In this document: positions 37,662 through 49,917 of the stretch, piece after piece
Layout: each line of letters begins with the position of its first letter
How positions within the stretch are numbered: position 1 is the stretch's first letter
DNA from: Mobula hypostoma
Taxonomy: Eukaryota
Assembly: GCF_963921235.1 (NCBI RefSeq)
Contig: NC_086097.1
Location: forward strand, 54,066,001 to 54,130,000
Length of the DNA stretch: 64,000 nucleotides
Direction: 5' to 3'
The notes under the pieces: model-generated
The model's database searches: none
The model's input: only the letters and a program-made list of their open reading frames with translations
What the model was told of the DNA's origin: nothing
Position numbers and translations under genes: made by a program

Positions 37662-38321
37662 TGAAACACCCTGGTTTCCTTGGCTGTGTAAGTCTAGGGC
37701 AGACACCCTCGAGTCCCGCCAAACTCGTGAGATTGAGATGGCTCGTCGCACCCCAAACCCCCGTTTGTGTGGATGCCGTGTAATTTGCTACCCTGTTACA
37801 AATCAGTGCCATGAAATAACCAACAGTACACTGCATACGATTAAAGGAATTATATTTATGAATCTTAACCTAACCAAAGGGTTAGTAAAGAATAACAAAA
37901 TTAATTGGGCCCATTCTAATTAAACAGTCAAATGTGCACAAGTTGGAGCTCATCTTGAATTTCTCTGTCAGTCATGTGCTGGGCCCTTGGTCAATGTGAA
38001 AGCACACACCACCTTCCGAACGTCACTCGCAATTCATCTCCAACAAACAGGTCTCCCACCGAATTGTATACTACAACCAGTTCTTCCCAGCGTCTTCTCT
38101 CTCCATCTCCTGCTGAACACAAGCCCGAGACCAACCTTGGTGTCCCTCACCAGAGCAACCTCCCCTTAATTTGACCATCCAAATTGGATAGCACAAATTT
38201 CTCCTCAACTCTTATCTTTAACAATGACCCAAACAAGCTGAAAACAGAGCAGACTGCTCTTCCAGAACTGCTAAATGAAATACATACAGCTTAACAGTAA
38301 AAATATGAGCCAGGGCATTGA
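37662..38321. mobile_element. Probable solo LTR
   Basis: Imperfect inverted ends TGAAACACCCTGG ... CCAGGGCATTGA; flanks ACTAG / ACTAA; sits inside the Tigger-like element. Confidence 0.5.
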
Positions 38322-39816
38322 ACTAATAAGAAACTTTTTGGCAACAGCCTCCTGCCTCAGTTAAGCGGCAATGTGTCCCAAATAAATAAAGGGAATCCTG
38401 GCTATTTTCTTGATTAGTTTTTGTTCCTCAAGTGTTGGCCCAAATAAACAGCTGACCCGATTAAATGATGGCCCAATTAACTGGAATCCACTGTTCAGTC
38501 AAGAAATATAATGATGATCTGCTGCAAACGCCCTCCAAATCAGCATTTTACAAATTAACTACAAAAAGCATGTCAAGTCTATTCTTGAGGTATGGTACTG
38601 AATCACTATGAAATGTTTCCAAGCAATATGATAAGATAAAATAATATAATTCACGTATTTGTTTTCTGTTTTCACACACAGGAATTCAGAACGGAATAGT
38701 TATAAAACATCTAATAATATCAAAGCAAAAGATGTACACTGACATTGAGGCAGATTTCCTCAATGATCTTGCCCTAAGTTGGAACGAAGCACAGAGTAAA
38801 CAGTGGAAATTGCATTAGAAAGCCCAACACGACATCTTAGCCTTGGATGGAAATTATACACTGCCATGAACCTTAGCTGAAAAAGGAAACCCAGGACATA
38901 TTCTAGATTAAAAGCTAAAGAGGCAAAGTTAAATTCTTGACCAAAGCAAGGATCCTTATTAGTAGTTTGCCATTGGTGTCCTTTATAAAACAATGAGGGA
39001 TCCTCTCAATTTCAGGAATGGTTATATCAAGGTAAATCTGATTAAAATAAATTTCAGCCAGACCCTGGATATAAACTCACTGGGCAAAATATTAAGCATC
39101 TGGATGCAACTCCTGGGAACATTTCCCTGGCCCACAGACTCCGCCTGTTTCTTGCCTGAGGTCTTATGTGAGTATGACTATAAACCGTTTGCATCCTGTC
39201 ATTTTTATTGTCAAAAGCCCAATCAAGATACTGACTAGTACCAAGAAAAAAATAAGAAGTACTTTCACAAGTATTTTGTAGCTGATGTTCAAACTATTTA
39301 GCTTCTAACTCTCAATGTTTCTTTACAGGTGCTTTTTTTTATGCCATTAAGTTGTTTTGATTAAGTGCAACTTAATGAAAAAGCAGAAAATTTGGGTGTG
39401 CATCCGTGCTGGGGCTAGCTGTACAAAGCAGATGTGCAATTTGATTCTACGATACAGCTTCCGATTAGAATGCTATTGTAAGAATACTTGGAACAATTGT
39501 AGCCAAATAAAATCATGAAGTAGTTATGCAAATTGCACAAACACTAAAAGCTAAAAGCAAACTCAAAGATAAGGTTAGACAAATATAAGAAAAAAATATA
39601 CTGCTATAATTGAAGCTGCAAAACCTTTATGAAATACAAACATAATTCTGGACAGCCATTCTAGAAGACACCAACAACAATATTTGTTGTACACGATGCT
39701 AACATGAATTTCTTGTATCCTTTTAAGAATTTCCAGCAACAAAAACAGAATACAATACCTATTTATTAAAAATAGTTAATTTGCAAACCACTAACTTTAA
39801 AGGCTTGGTGGATATA

Positions 39817-41444
39817 CGAGGGATGATTGATAAGTTTGTGGCCTAAGGTAGAAGGAGTCACTTTTAGAAAACTTAGCACATTTATTTTTCAACATAGTCC
39901 CCTCCTACATTTACACACTTAGTCCAGCGGTTGTGGAGCATACGGATCTTGGACCTCCAGAAAGTGCCCACAGTGGTGATTGATAAGTTCGTGGCCTAAG
40001 GTAGAAGGAGATTAGTTACATGGCTCTCATTACATGCCCATGTAAAGTCAGCATGGATTTGTGAAAGGAAAATCATGTCTGACGAATCTCATAGAATTTT
40101 TTGAGGATGTAACTAGTAGAGTGGATAGGGGAGAACCAGTGGATGTGGTATATTTGGATTTTCAAAAGGCTTTTGACAAGGTCCCACACAGGAGATTAGT
40201 GTGCAAACTTAAAGCACACGGTATTGGGGGTAAGGTATTGGTGTGGGTGGAGAATTGGTTAGCAGACAGGAAGCAAAGAGTGGGAATAAACGGGACCTTT
40301 TCAGAATGGCAGGCGGTGACTAGTGGGGTACCGCAAGGCTCAGTGCTGGGACCCCAGTTGTTTACAATATATATTAATGACTTGGATGAGGGAATTAAAT
40401 GCAGCATCTCCAAGTTTGCGGATGACACGAAGCTGGGTGGCAGTGTTAGCAGTGAGGAGGATGCTAAGAGGATGCAGGGTGACTTGGATAGGTTGGGTGA
40501 GTGGGCAAATTCATGGCAGATGCAATTTAATGTGGATCAATGTGAAGTTATCCACTTTGGTGGCAAGAACAGGAAAACAGATTATTATCTGAATGGCGGC
40601 CGATTAGGAAAAGGGGAGGTGCAATGAGACCTGGGTGTCATTGTACAACAGTCATTGAAAGTGGGCATGCAGGTACAGCAGGCGGTGAAAAAGGCGAATG
40701 GTATGCTGGCATTCATAGCAAGAGTATTCGAGTACAGGAGCAGGAAGGTACTACTGCAGTTGTACAAGGCCTTGGTGAGACCACACCTGGAGTATTGTGT
40801 GCAGTTTTGGTCCCCTAATCTGAGGAAAGACATTCTTGCCATAGAGGGAGTACAAAGAAGGTTCACCAGATTGATTTCTGGGATGGCAGGACTTTCATAT
40901 AATGAAAGACTGGATCAACTAGGCTTATACTCTCTGGAATTCAGAAGATTGAGGGGGGATCTTATTGAAACATATAAAATTCTAAAGGGATTGGACAGGC
41001 TAGATGTAGGAAGATTGTTCCTGATGTTGGGGAAGTCTAGAACGAGGGGTCACAGTTTGAGGATAAAGGGGAAGCCTTTTAGGACGGAGAAGAGGAAAAA
41101 CTTCTTCACACAGAGAGTGGTGAATCTGTGGAATTCTCTGCCACAGGAAACAGTTGAGGCCAGTTCATTGGCTATATTTAAGAGGGAGTTAGATATGGCC
41201 CTTGTGGCTAAAGGGATCAGAGGGTATGGAGAGAAGGCAGGTACAGGGTTCTGAGTTGGATGATCAGCCTTGATCATACCGAATGGCGGTGCCGCTCGAA
41301 GGGCCGAATGGCCTACTCCTGCACCTATTTTCTATGTTTCTATGTTTCTATGCAGTTCAGCTCTTTGAGTGATTATGCAGAAAGTTTGAAGTTAATAACT
41401 CATCTCCTTCTACCTCAGGCCACGAACTTATCAATCACTCCTCG
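39817..41444. mobile_element. Mariner-like MITE with a duplicated left TIR, split by a CR1
   Basis: TA-CGAGGGATGATTGATAAGTTTGTGGCCTAAGGTAGAAGGAG and its inverse ending CTCG-TA at 41444; second TIR copy at ~39975-40010. Confidence 0.85.
40045..41349 (+). mobile_element. Young CR1 LINE RT and 3' fragment
   Basis: ORFs 40061..40627 and 40655..41254 are in one frame, separated by one TGA; (TTCTATGT)n tail. Confidence 0.96.
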
Positions 41445-41511
41445 TAATGCCACAGTCCATTATAGTCTCTGCATTTTAGTTATATAATTTTAAAACACAT
41501 TCTGCATTCAA

Positions 41512-42340
41512 TTTTCAATAGGTTTCAATAGGTACATTTAATGTCAGAGAAACATATACAATATACATCCTGAAATGCTTTTTCTTCGCAAACATCTACA
41601 AAAACAGAGGAGTGCCCCAAAGAATGAATGGCGGTTAAATGTTAGAACCCCAAAACCCCCCACAGCTCCCCTCCCACACACAAGCAGCAGCTAGGCAACA
41701 TCCACCCCCCCACCAACAAAAAAGCATTCCCCCACAACCACCGAGCCCTCAAGCGTGCAGCAAAGCATCAATAAAGACTCAAACTTGCAGTACCCCAAAG
41801 ACTGCCCATTCACCCAGTAATTCAACAAATCACTGGGTCTTTCTCGCCCTAATAAGGGAAAAAGAAGTGTCCCCATTTCACAGTGAGAGGGGAGACATAA
41901 CAAAACAACTCACTGATTTATGGTGTTAAAAGCCTGTTGCATTGCTTTTTCCGAGCTCTGTGCCCAAAGAACTTGGGTCTCTGGGCACACAGCCAGCAGC
42001 CACCCGCTGCCTCCGATCTTCCGTGTTCTCCCACGATGCATCAGTCAGCGGCACCAGTCTTGAATCAGCCCACCTTCACAACCACGAAAATCCGGCACCC
42101 TGAAGATGCACTAGTCTTCTAGGCCACGTCCTTGGCATATCAAAAAGTGGCCGGTCGTGAGGCCCTGAGAGTGGATCCCATTCCGGCAAAGAACTGAAGT
42201 CAGAGCGTAACTCCAGGTCAGGGTCTTCAAAAGATCCTTGAAAGGGGAAAAAAAGAGATATCAAAGATAGAAATAAAGCTGTTTCCAAAGATGCAAGTGA
42301 AGGAGTTGCCTTTTAATGCCATCATAACTAAGCTCGTCCC
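41512..42340 (-). mobile_element. Non-coding ~830-bp element with a Rex1-like 3' tail
   Basis: Minus end ...CAGGATGTATATTGTATATG...GACATTAAATGTACCTATTGAAACCTATTGAA; GC-richer 5' part; no RT ORF. Confidence 0.55.
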
Positions 42341-44187
42341 TCCGGTTAGCTATTTCTACTCCGGACGGCATTTTTCTTGATAGATTGACAGAAATAAATC
42401 TACAAGCGCAACACATTGTCTCTGCTGAACATCTGAAATTAAAACAAAAAATGCTGGTACCCTCTGTAGGTTAGATAGTATCCATGGAGAGGAAACTGAG
42501 TTACAAATCAATAATATTTTATTCCTAGTTTGATTGAGATCTGTCAGCCTGGAATGTTAACTCCGCTTATCTCTCCATAGATACCTCCTGACCAGCTGAG
42601 TATTCCTAAATATAAATTTCTTTACTGTAAAATTCCATAGTTGGAAATAAATAAGCCTAAATTTGTTACATTTGATTGCTATGACCCCATAGCTAATACC
42701 AACAATCTTCCCTGGACATCTGTAATGAATACATTAATACCTTAATTTAAAGTTGGCAATCTTTCATACTTCCTCAAATATGTATATAATGATTGATTGT
42801 CCCATTCACACAACACTATTTAAATCTACAAATGAGAATCAAGCAGTCCATATTTCATGTTTATTATGGGGTGAAATGCAAATTTTTTGTTCTATCACAT
42901 AAGAGATGCATCAAAATAAAACTACCTACCATTTCCAAATTGTTTACCATCTTATAACAGAATGTTTCCTGATCAACAGGAGCATCTCTACTTTTTCATA
43001 AACTCAAAAGATTCTGCACAGCATCTTTTTCTTCTTACTGTCAGGCCATTTTTGGATCAAATTTGCCAATTTCCTCTGGATCTCATTAACTAATATCACA
43101 CTTTGTCAAGCACTTCACTGAAATCCAAGTTGACCATACTGCATTGCCCTCAACAATACAGCTTGCTACCTCTTCAAAAAATTCAATCAAATTGCTCAGA
43201 GAGGATCTCAGCTTACCAAGCCATGCTGTCTACCTTTGGTTAGATGTTGCCATTTCGAAGCTAGGTTAATCCTACTCATCAGTATCTACTCCAATAACCC
43301 TCTGACCATGGACATTAGACTCACAGGCTTGAAATTAGCTGGCATATTTCTGTCATCCAATTTGTTATCCTCCAGTCATTCGGTACCTCACTTTGGCCAG
43401 TGAAGACTTTGAAGTCTCTGCCAGTGCTCCAACAACTTCTATCCTTGCCTCCCATAGCTGCTCGGAAACCTCATGATGTATCAACCTTTAAGGCTGCTGG
43501 GAACACTTAATTTCTTCTTCCTTTTTAATGCAATTGTCTCTAAATTTTCATTGTCTCCTTCCCTGAATTCATAAACTACAAAGTCCCTCTCCTAACTGAA
43601 TACAGATGAAATGGTAAAACATCATCCATGTCCTCTGGCTCTAAGGACAGATTCCCACTTTGGTTCGTAATGGGCCCTACTCCCTCCCTGGTTATCTGTT
43701 TCCATTTAATACATTTGTAAAATGCTTGCGGATCAACATCATGAATTACAATAATATATTGTGTTCACATTTTACTGTCTTGTTTTTTTAACTGCTGCCC
43801 CAGCATTTTCTGTGCTCTTGTTTGACCTTAGTTCTTTTTGCCTGCCATATGCTGTTTTTTTCTCCAATCTTTTATATCCATTGAAACCCAGGTTCTTTGG
43901 ATATGTTGTCTTTACCCTTCATCCTTAAGGCTTTATGTTGCTCTTTAACTCTCACCATCTCACTTCTATACGAAACCCATTCGTTGAATGTAGACATCTG
44001 GCAATGGCTTCCCCAGTCCGTCTGTATCAGATCCTGTTTTATGATACTATAACAGCCCTTCCCCCAGTTTAGGACCTTCTGCTCCATCCTTATCTCTTTC
44101 CATAACTCCCTTGAAATGTATAGACTTATGGTTATTATCTCCAGAATGCTCATCCATTGACACTCCATCCACTTGCCTGGCTACTTT

Positions 44188-44420
44188 TCTCAAGCAACAC
44201 ACACACAAAATGTTGGAGGAACTCAGCAGGTCAGGTGGCAACTATGGAAACAAATAAGCAGTCAACGTTTTGGGTCAAGACCCTTCATCAGGACTGGAAA
44301 GCAAGGGGGAAGATGCCGGAGTAAAAAGGTGTGGGGAGGGGAAGGAGGACTAACTATAAAGTGATAGGTGAAACAAGGTGGGTTGGAAAGGTAAAGGGCT
44401 GGAGAAGAAGGGATCTGATT
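44188..44420 (-). mobile_element. Penelope-like 3' segment
   Basis: Same UTR and terminus as 1700-1920, reverse-complemented. Confidence 0.75.
44259..44296 (-). ncRNA. Minimal type I hammerhead ribozyme motif (decayed)
   Basis: CAGUC-CUGAUGA-A-GGGUC-UU-GACCC-AAAA-CGUU-GACUG. Helix I, helix II and CUGAUGA are intact; GAAA and GUC carry CpG-type transitions. Confidence 0.7.
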
Positions 44421-46287
44421 ATTTTAAGCACCTGCTTAAGATTATCTCGTAAGCCAATTAAGACTCAAAAAGCTATTCTGGGCACGATTTAAAAATATCA
44501 CCTTTCCTAAATGTAAATACGGAGGTCATCATATTTGACATGGAAGAATTTAAAATGTCCTTACTACTATTGTTCTATTATTCTATATCTCTTTGTGATT
44601 CATTTATGTCTGTTCTTTTTCCTAATTACAAGGAGGCCTGTAGTTCACCATTTTTTGTTTATGTTACACATTCTACCTACGCAGCCTCATTGTTGTAGAA
44701 ATGGACTCAATGAACATTGCAATACCACCTCCTCTTTTACATCACCTCCTTTAACATAGATCATAAAACATAGAAAAGTGCAATACAGAAGCAGTTCCTT
44801 CGGCCGTGATGTTGTGCCAAAATTATTAAGCTAATTGTTCTTAATTAAACTCTTCTATTCTGCCTGCACATGGTCCATATTACTATATTCCCTAGCTATT
44901 CATGTGCCCACCTAACAGCATTATAAATGCCTCTACCGTATCTGCTTCCACCACCAACCCTGGCGGAACATTCCGGACACCCACCACTCTCTGTGTAAAA
45001 ATAACTTGCCCCTCTCATGTCCTCTGAACTTTCCTCCTCTTGCCTAAAATGCATGCCCTCCAGTACTAGACATTTCAACCCCTGGGAAAAAGGTATCAGC
45101 CCTCTATCTCTTCCTCTCATAATGGTATAATTTTATAAATATCTATCAGGTGAAGATTTACCTGACAATTCTACATTGTAGAATATTGATTTAGAGTCTT
45201 GCTATTCTTTCAACCATGTCACTGTGATAGGAATAATATCACATTCCTATGTGCAATTTAATACTCTCAGTTCATTTGCTTAATTAGTTAGACTCTTTGC
45301 TTTGAAATAGGCACAATTAGCACCATATCCCACTTACTCACCTTATCACACCTCTGTGTGCTCTGCCTTCAAAACTGTCTTATGCTTTTCTTCTTTATTT
45401 GACTGTACTCCCAACCCCCCACTCCTCAACAAAACTCTGTGCCCCATTTCCCTGCCAAATTAGTTTATTCCTTCTGCAATTGCACTAGCAAGCTTTGTAG
45501 TCAGGTGATAAATTGGCACATAACACCTCCACTACCAGTCCAATTGCAGTTCAGTAGATATCAAATATTGCTTCATGTCAGTGCACATAACAAGATAATC
45601 TTTGCTAAGTGTCTCCTCCAGCTGTACACGACACTAATTAAACTACTGACACTTAATTATCTCCACAAACTATGAGAGTTTAAAAATATTGTTTGATCAC
45701 ATTAAGTGAATCTAATCTAATCTAATCTTTGCTCATCCTACAAATTAATGTGTAGTGGGAAATACAGACAAGTTATCCAGATTTCAAGGGTGTAGATTTT
45801 GAAATCATATTTCACACACATAGCTTACACGATCCCATTCTATTCCCATTTGCCAAGGGTGGCTAATTAATGGGGAGAATCATATCTCTATCTCACGTTT
45901 TCAAGTAGCAGTCCTCAAAGGAGAGTGTGTGCATATCGAAGGAAGCAGGCAATTAAGTTGCACAAATAATGTGTTCACTGAACTGCAACTGACTTTTATC
46001 ATGTCAAAGACCATCTGAACACAGAAGCAATAAAAAGATTGTTGCCATGACCACCACTGAGAACTGACTGCAATAAAGATGGATTGCTTCCTAAATCAAT
46101 GTAACTGATGCTGCATACCTACCAGCTTTTCAAGTTAGTTTTGATCTGAATGTAGCATCAAAATGAAATACTCTAAATTCACTTTAATGGATGAAGAAAA
46201 TATTTTGGAGATGTAATTCTTATTGAGTGGTACAATGGAAATACAGTTGTTAAAATTATAGGTAAGTTTATAAGAAAACTTGCCACC

Positions 46288-46555
46288 AGGCGCCATGGTG
46301 ACATAGCGGTTGGCATGATTCTATCACAGCTCAGGATGTCAGATTCCTGAGTTCAACTCTGGTATCCTCTGTAAGAAGGTTTGTACGTTCCTTCCCGTGT
46401 GCGCGTGGGTTTCCCCCGGTGCTCTGGTTTCCTCCCACAGTCTGATGACATACCAGTTAATTAGTCATTGTAAATTGTCTCATGGTTAGGCTAGGGTAAA
46501 ATCAGTGGGTTGAAGGGCCGCACTGTACCTCTAAGTAAAATAAATGAATAAAAAT
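46288..46555 (+). mobile_element. V-SINE
   Basis: tRNA-like head (GAGTTCAACTC), V-domain GTTTGTACGTTC...GCGTGGGTTTCCCCCGGTGCTCTGGTTTCCTCCCACAG, A-rich tail. Confidence 0.85.
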
Positions 46556-46569
46556 ATATTAAGAAATGT

Positions 46570-49500
46570 AGTCTTACTAAAAATGATCATAAAATCACTG
46601 TATTGTCATAAATATTCGTCTGGTTTATTTACTGTGTGTCTTTCGGTGGAAGAGATCTGCCATGATTACTGCTCTGTCCCTCTTGTGGCTCCATTTCTAA
46701 AATGCTAAGCAAGCCGTCCTGTTCTATCATGAATGCTATGGTAAAATAAAATAAGAATGAAACTAAGATTACCAAGTTTTAACTCAGGCATCAAGTTTGC
46801 AAAGTCCCGACCCAGGTGACCCTGCAAAGTGATGCTCACAAATATCTAGGAACCAGCTGGCTGTCCCACAGACTAGTCGAGCAACAGACAATATGTCAAA
46901 TTATTTCATCCCAGTCCTTCAATATGCCCCATTCCAATGGCCAGTCTGATCCAGCAGGGGTGGTAGTACAGTGCTTTACAGGCACGGGGGAGTAGTACTG
47001 AGAGTACTCGTAGTACAGTGCTTTACAGGCACGGGGGAGTAGTACTGAGAGTACTCGTAGTACAGTGCTTTACAGGCACGGGGGAGTAGTACTGAGAGTA
47101 CTCGTAGTACAGTGCTTTACAGGCACGGGGGAGTGGTACTTAGAGTACTCGTAGTACAGTGTTTTACGGGCACAGGGGAGGAGTACTGAGAGTACTCGTA
47201 GTACAGTGCTTTACAGGCACGGGGGAGTAGTACTGAGAGTACTCGTAGCACAGTGCTTTACAGGCACGGGGGAGTAGTACCGAGAGTACTCGTAGTACAG
47301 TGCTTTACAGGCACGGGGGAGTAGTACTGAGAGTACTCGTAGTACAGTGTTTTACGGGCACAGGGGAGTAGTACTGAGAGTACTCGTAGTACAGTGCTTT
47401 ACAGGCACGGGGGAATGGTACTGAGAGTACTGGTAGTACTGTGCTTTACAGGCACAGGGGAGTAGTACTGAGAGTACTCGTAGCACAGTGCTTTACAGGC
47501 ACGGGGGAGTAGTACTGAGAGTACTCGTAGTACAGTGCTTTACAGGCACAGGGGAGTAGTACTGAGAGTACTCGTAGCACAGTGCTTTACAGGCACGGGG
47601 GAGTAGTACCGAGAGTACTCGTAGTACAGTGCTTTACAGGCACGGGGGAATGGTACTGAGAGTACTCGTAGTACAGTGCTTTACAGGCACGGGGGAATGG
47701 TACTGAGAGTACTGGTAGTACTGTGCTTTACAGGCATGGGGGAGTAGAACTGTGAGTACTCGTAGTACAGTGTTCTACAGGCATGGGGGAATGGTACTGA
47801 GAGTACTCGTAGTACAGTGTTTTACAGGCATGGAGGAGTAGTACTGAGAGTACTCGTAGTACAGTGCTTTACAGGCACGGGGAAGTGGTACCGAGAGTAC
47901 TCGTAGTACAGTGCTTTACAGGCACGGGGGGGGGGTAGTACTGAGAGTACTCGTAGTACAGTGCTTTACAGGCACCGGGGGTAGTACTGAGAGTACTCGT
48001 AGCACAGTGCTTTACAGGCACGGGTGGGGTAGTACTGAGAGTACTCGTAGTACAGTGCTTTACAGGCACGGGGGAGTAGTACTGAGAGTACTCGTAGTAC
48101 AGTGTTTTACGGGCACAGGGGAGTAGTACTGAGAGTACTCGTAGTACAGTGCTTTACAGGCACGGGGGAATGGTACTGAGAGTACTCGTAGTACAGTGCT
48201 TTACAGGCACGGGGGAATGGTACTGAGAGTACTGGTAGTACTGTGCTTTACAGGCACAGGGGAGTAGTACTGAGAGTACTCGTAGCACAGTGCTTTACAG
48301 GCACAGGGGAGTAGTACTGAGAGTACTCGTAGTACAGTGTTTTACAGGCATGGAGGAGTAGTACTGAGAGTACTCGTAGTACAGTGCTTTACAGGCACGG
48401 GGAAGTGGTACCGAGAGTACTCGTAGTACAGTGCTTTACAGGCACGGGGGGGGGTAGTACTGAGAGTACTCGTAGTACAGTGCTTTACAGGCACGGGGAA
48501 GTAGTACTGAGAGTACTCGTAGTACAGTGTTTTACAGGCACGGGGGGGTAGTACTGAGAGTACTCGTAGTACAGTGCTTTACAGGCACGGGGGGGGGTAG
48601 TACTGAGAGTACTCGTAGTACAGTGCTTTACAGGCACGGGGAAGTAGTACTGAGAGTACTCGTAGTACAGTGTTTTACAGGCACGGGGGGGTAGTACTGA
48701 GAGTACTCGTAGCACAGTGCTTTACGGGCACGGGGGGGTAGTACTGAGAGTACTTGTAGTACAGTGCTTTACAGACAAGGTGGAATATTACTGAGAGTAC
48801 TTGTAGTACAGTGCTTTACAGGCACGGGGGGTAGTACTGAGAGTACTCGTAGTACAGTGCTTTACAGGCACGGGGGGGGTAGTAATGAGAGTACTCGTAG
48901 TACAGTGCTTTACGGGCACGGGGGAGTAGTACTGAGAGTACTCGTAGTACAGTGCTTTACAGGCACGGGGGAGTAGTACTGAGAGTACTCGTAGTACAGT
49001 GCTTTACAGGCACGGGGGAGTAGAACTGTGAGTACTCGTAGTACAGTGCTTTACAGGCATGGGGGAGTAGAACTGTGAGTACTCGTAATACAGTGCTTTA
49101 CAGGCATGGGGGAATGGTACCAAGAGTACTCGTAGTACAGTGCTTTACAGGCACGGGGGGGGGGGGTAGTACTGAGAGTACTCGTAGTACAGTGCTTTAC
49201 AGGCACGGGGGGGGGTAGTACTGTGAGTACTCGTAGTACAGTGCTTTACAGGCACGGGGGAGTAGTACTGAGAGTACTCGTAGTACAGTGCTTTACAGGC
49301 ACGGGGGAGTAATACCGAGAGCACTTGTAGTACTGTGTTTTACAGGTATGGGGGAATGGTACTGAGAGTACTCATAGTACAGTGCTTTACAGACAAGGTG
49401 GAATAGTACTGAGAGTACTTGTAGTACAGTGCTTTACAGGTATGGGGGAGTAGTACTGAGAGTACTCGTAGTACAGTGCTTTACAGGCACGGGGGAGTAA

Positions 49501-49900
49501 TACCGAGAGCACTTGTAGTACTGTGTTTTACAGGTATGGGGGAATGGTACTGAGAGTACTCATAGTACAGTGCTTTACAGACAAGGTGGAATAGTACTGA
49601 GAGTACTTGTAGTACAGTGCTTTACAGGTATGGGGGAATGGTACTGAGAGTCCTCAGACCCCCATGCATCTTATGGCATCACATTAAAAATGAACAGGGA
49701 AACTCCCTCCTTATTTCCACCTCCCATCTTCCCTCAAGTTACCATGTTGAGCAATGTTTGGAAGAGGCACTAGAAGTTGAAAGGACACAGATCACATGAT
49801 ATTAGTATCAATAGCATTCACTGAGCAGGCTGAGACCTGAAGAAACAGCTGCCAGACTGGCTCAGCAGCAGCTAGTGAGTGAATCAATACAAGAGTAGAC
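46570..49900 (+). mobile_element. Old CR1/L2-group LINE 5' region and endonuclease remnant hosting the minisatellite
   Basis: CTGTCCCACAGACTAGTC (LSHRLV) before the array; LWHHIKNEQGNSLLISTSHLPS and HVEQCLEEALEV after it, which are collinear APE-endonuclease segments. Confidence 0.6.
46963..49655. repeat. 47-bp minisatellite, ~57 copies
   Basis: Unit GTAGTACAGTGCTTTACAGGCACGGGGGAGTAGTACTGAGAGTACTC; variable G-run; recurring variant blocks. Confidence 0.98.
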
Positions 49901-49917
49901 CGATCTGTTTTTGTAGA

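Larger units (their letters stand above)
35103..38493. mobile_element. Tigger/pogo-like non-autonomous DNA transposon split by nested insertions
   Basis: TIRs CAGTGGATTCTAGTTAATTGGG (35103, preceded by TA) and CCCAATTAACTGGAATCCACTG (ends 38493). Confidence 0.75.
42900..45500 (-). mobile_element. Heavily decayed CR1 with nested PLE end and a second CR1 3' end (44755-45150)
   Basis: Scattered CR1 ORF2 motifs (KVLNWGK, QHG); CR1 3' tail at ~44755. Confidence 0.7.

Noticed and set aside
46963..49655. CRISPR-like array
   Set aside because: Units are contiguous tandem copies with no unique spacers, there are no cas genes, and the context is vertebrate.
47869..49799. Repetitive ORFs in the 47-bp array
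   Set aside because: The unit length is not a multiple of 3, so the ORFs are by-products of the repeat.
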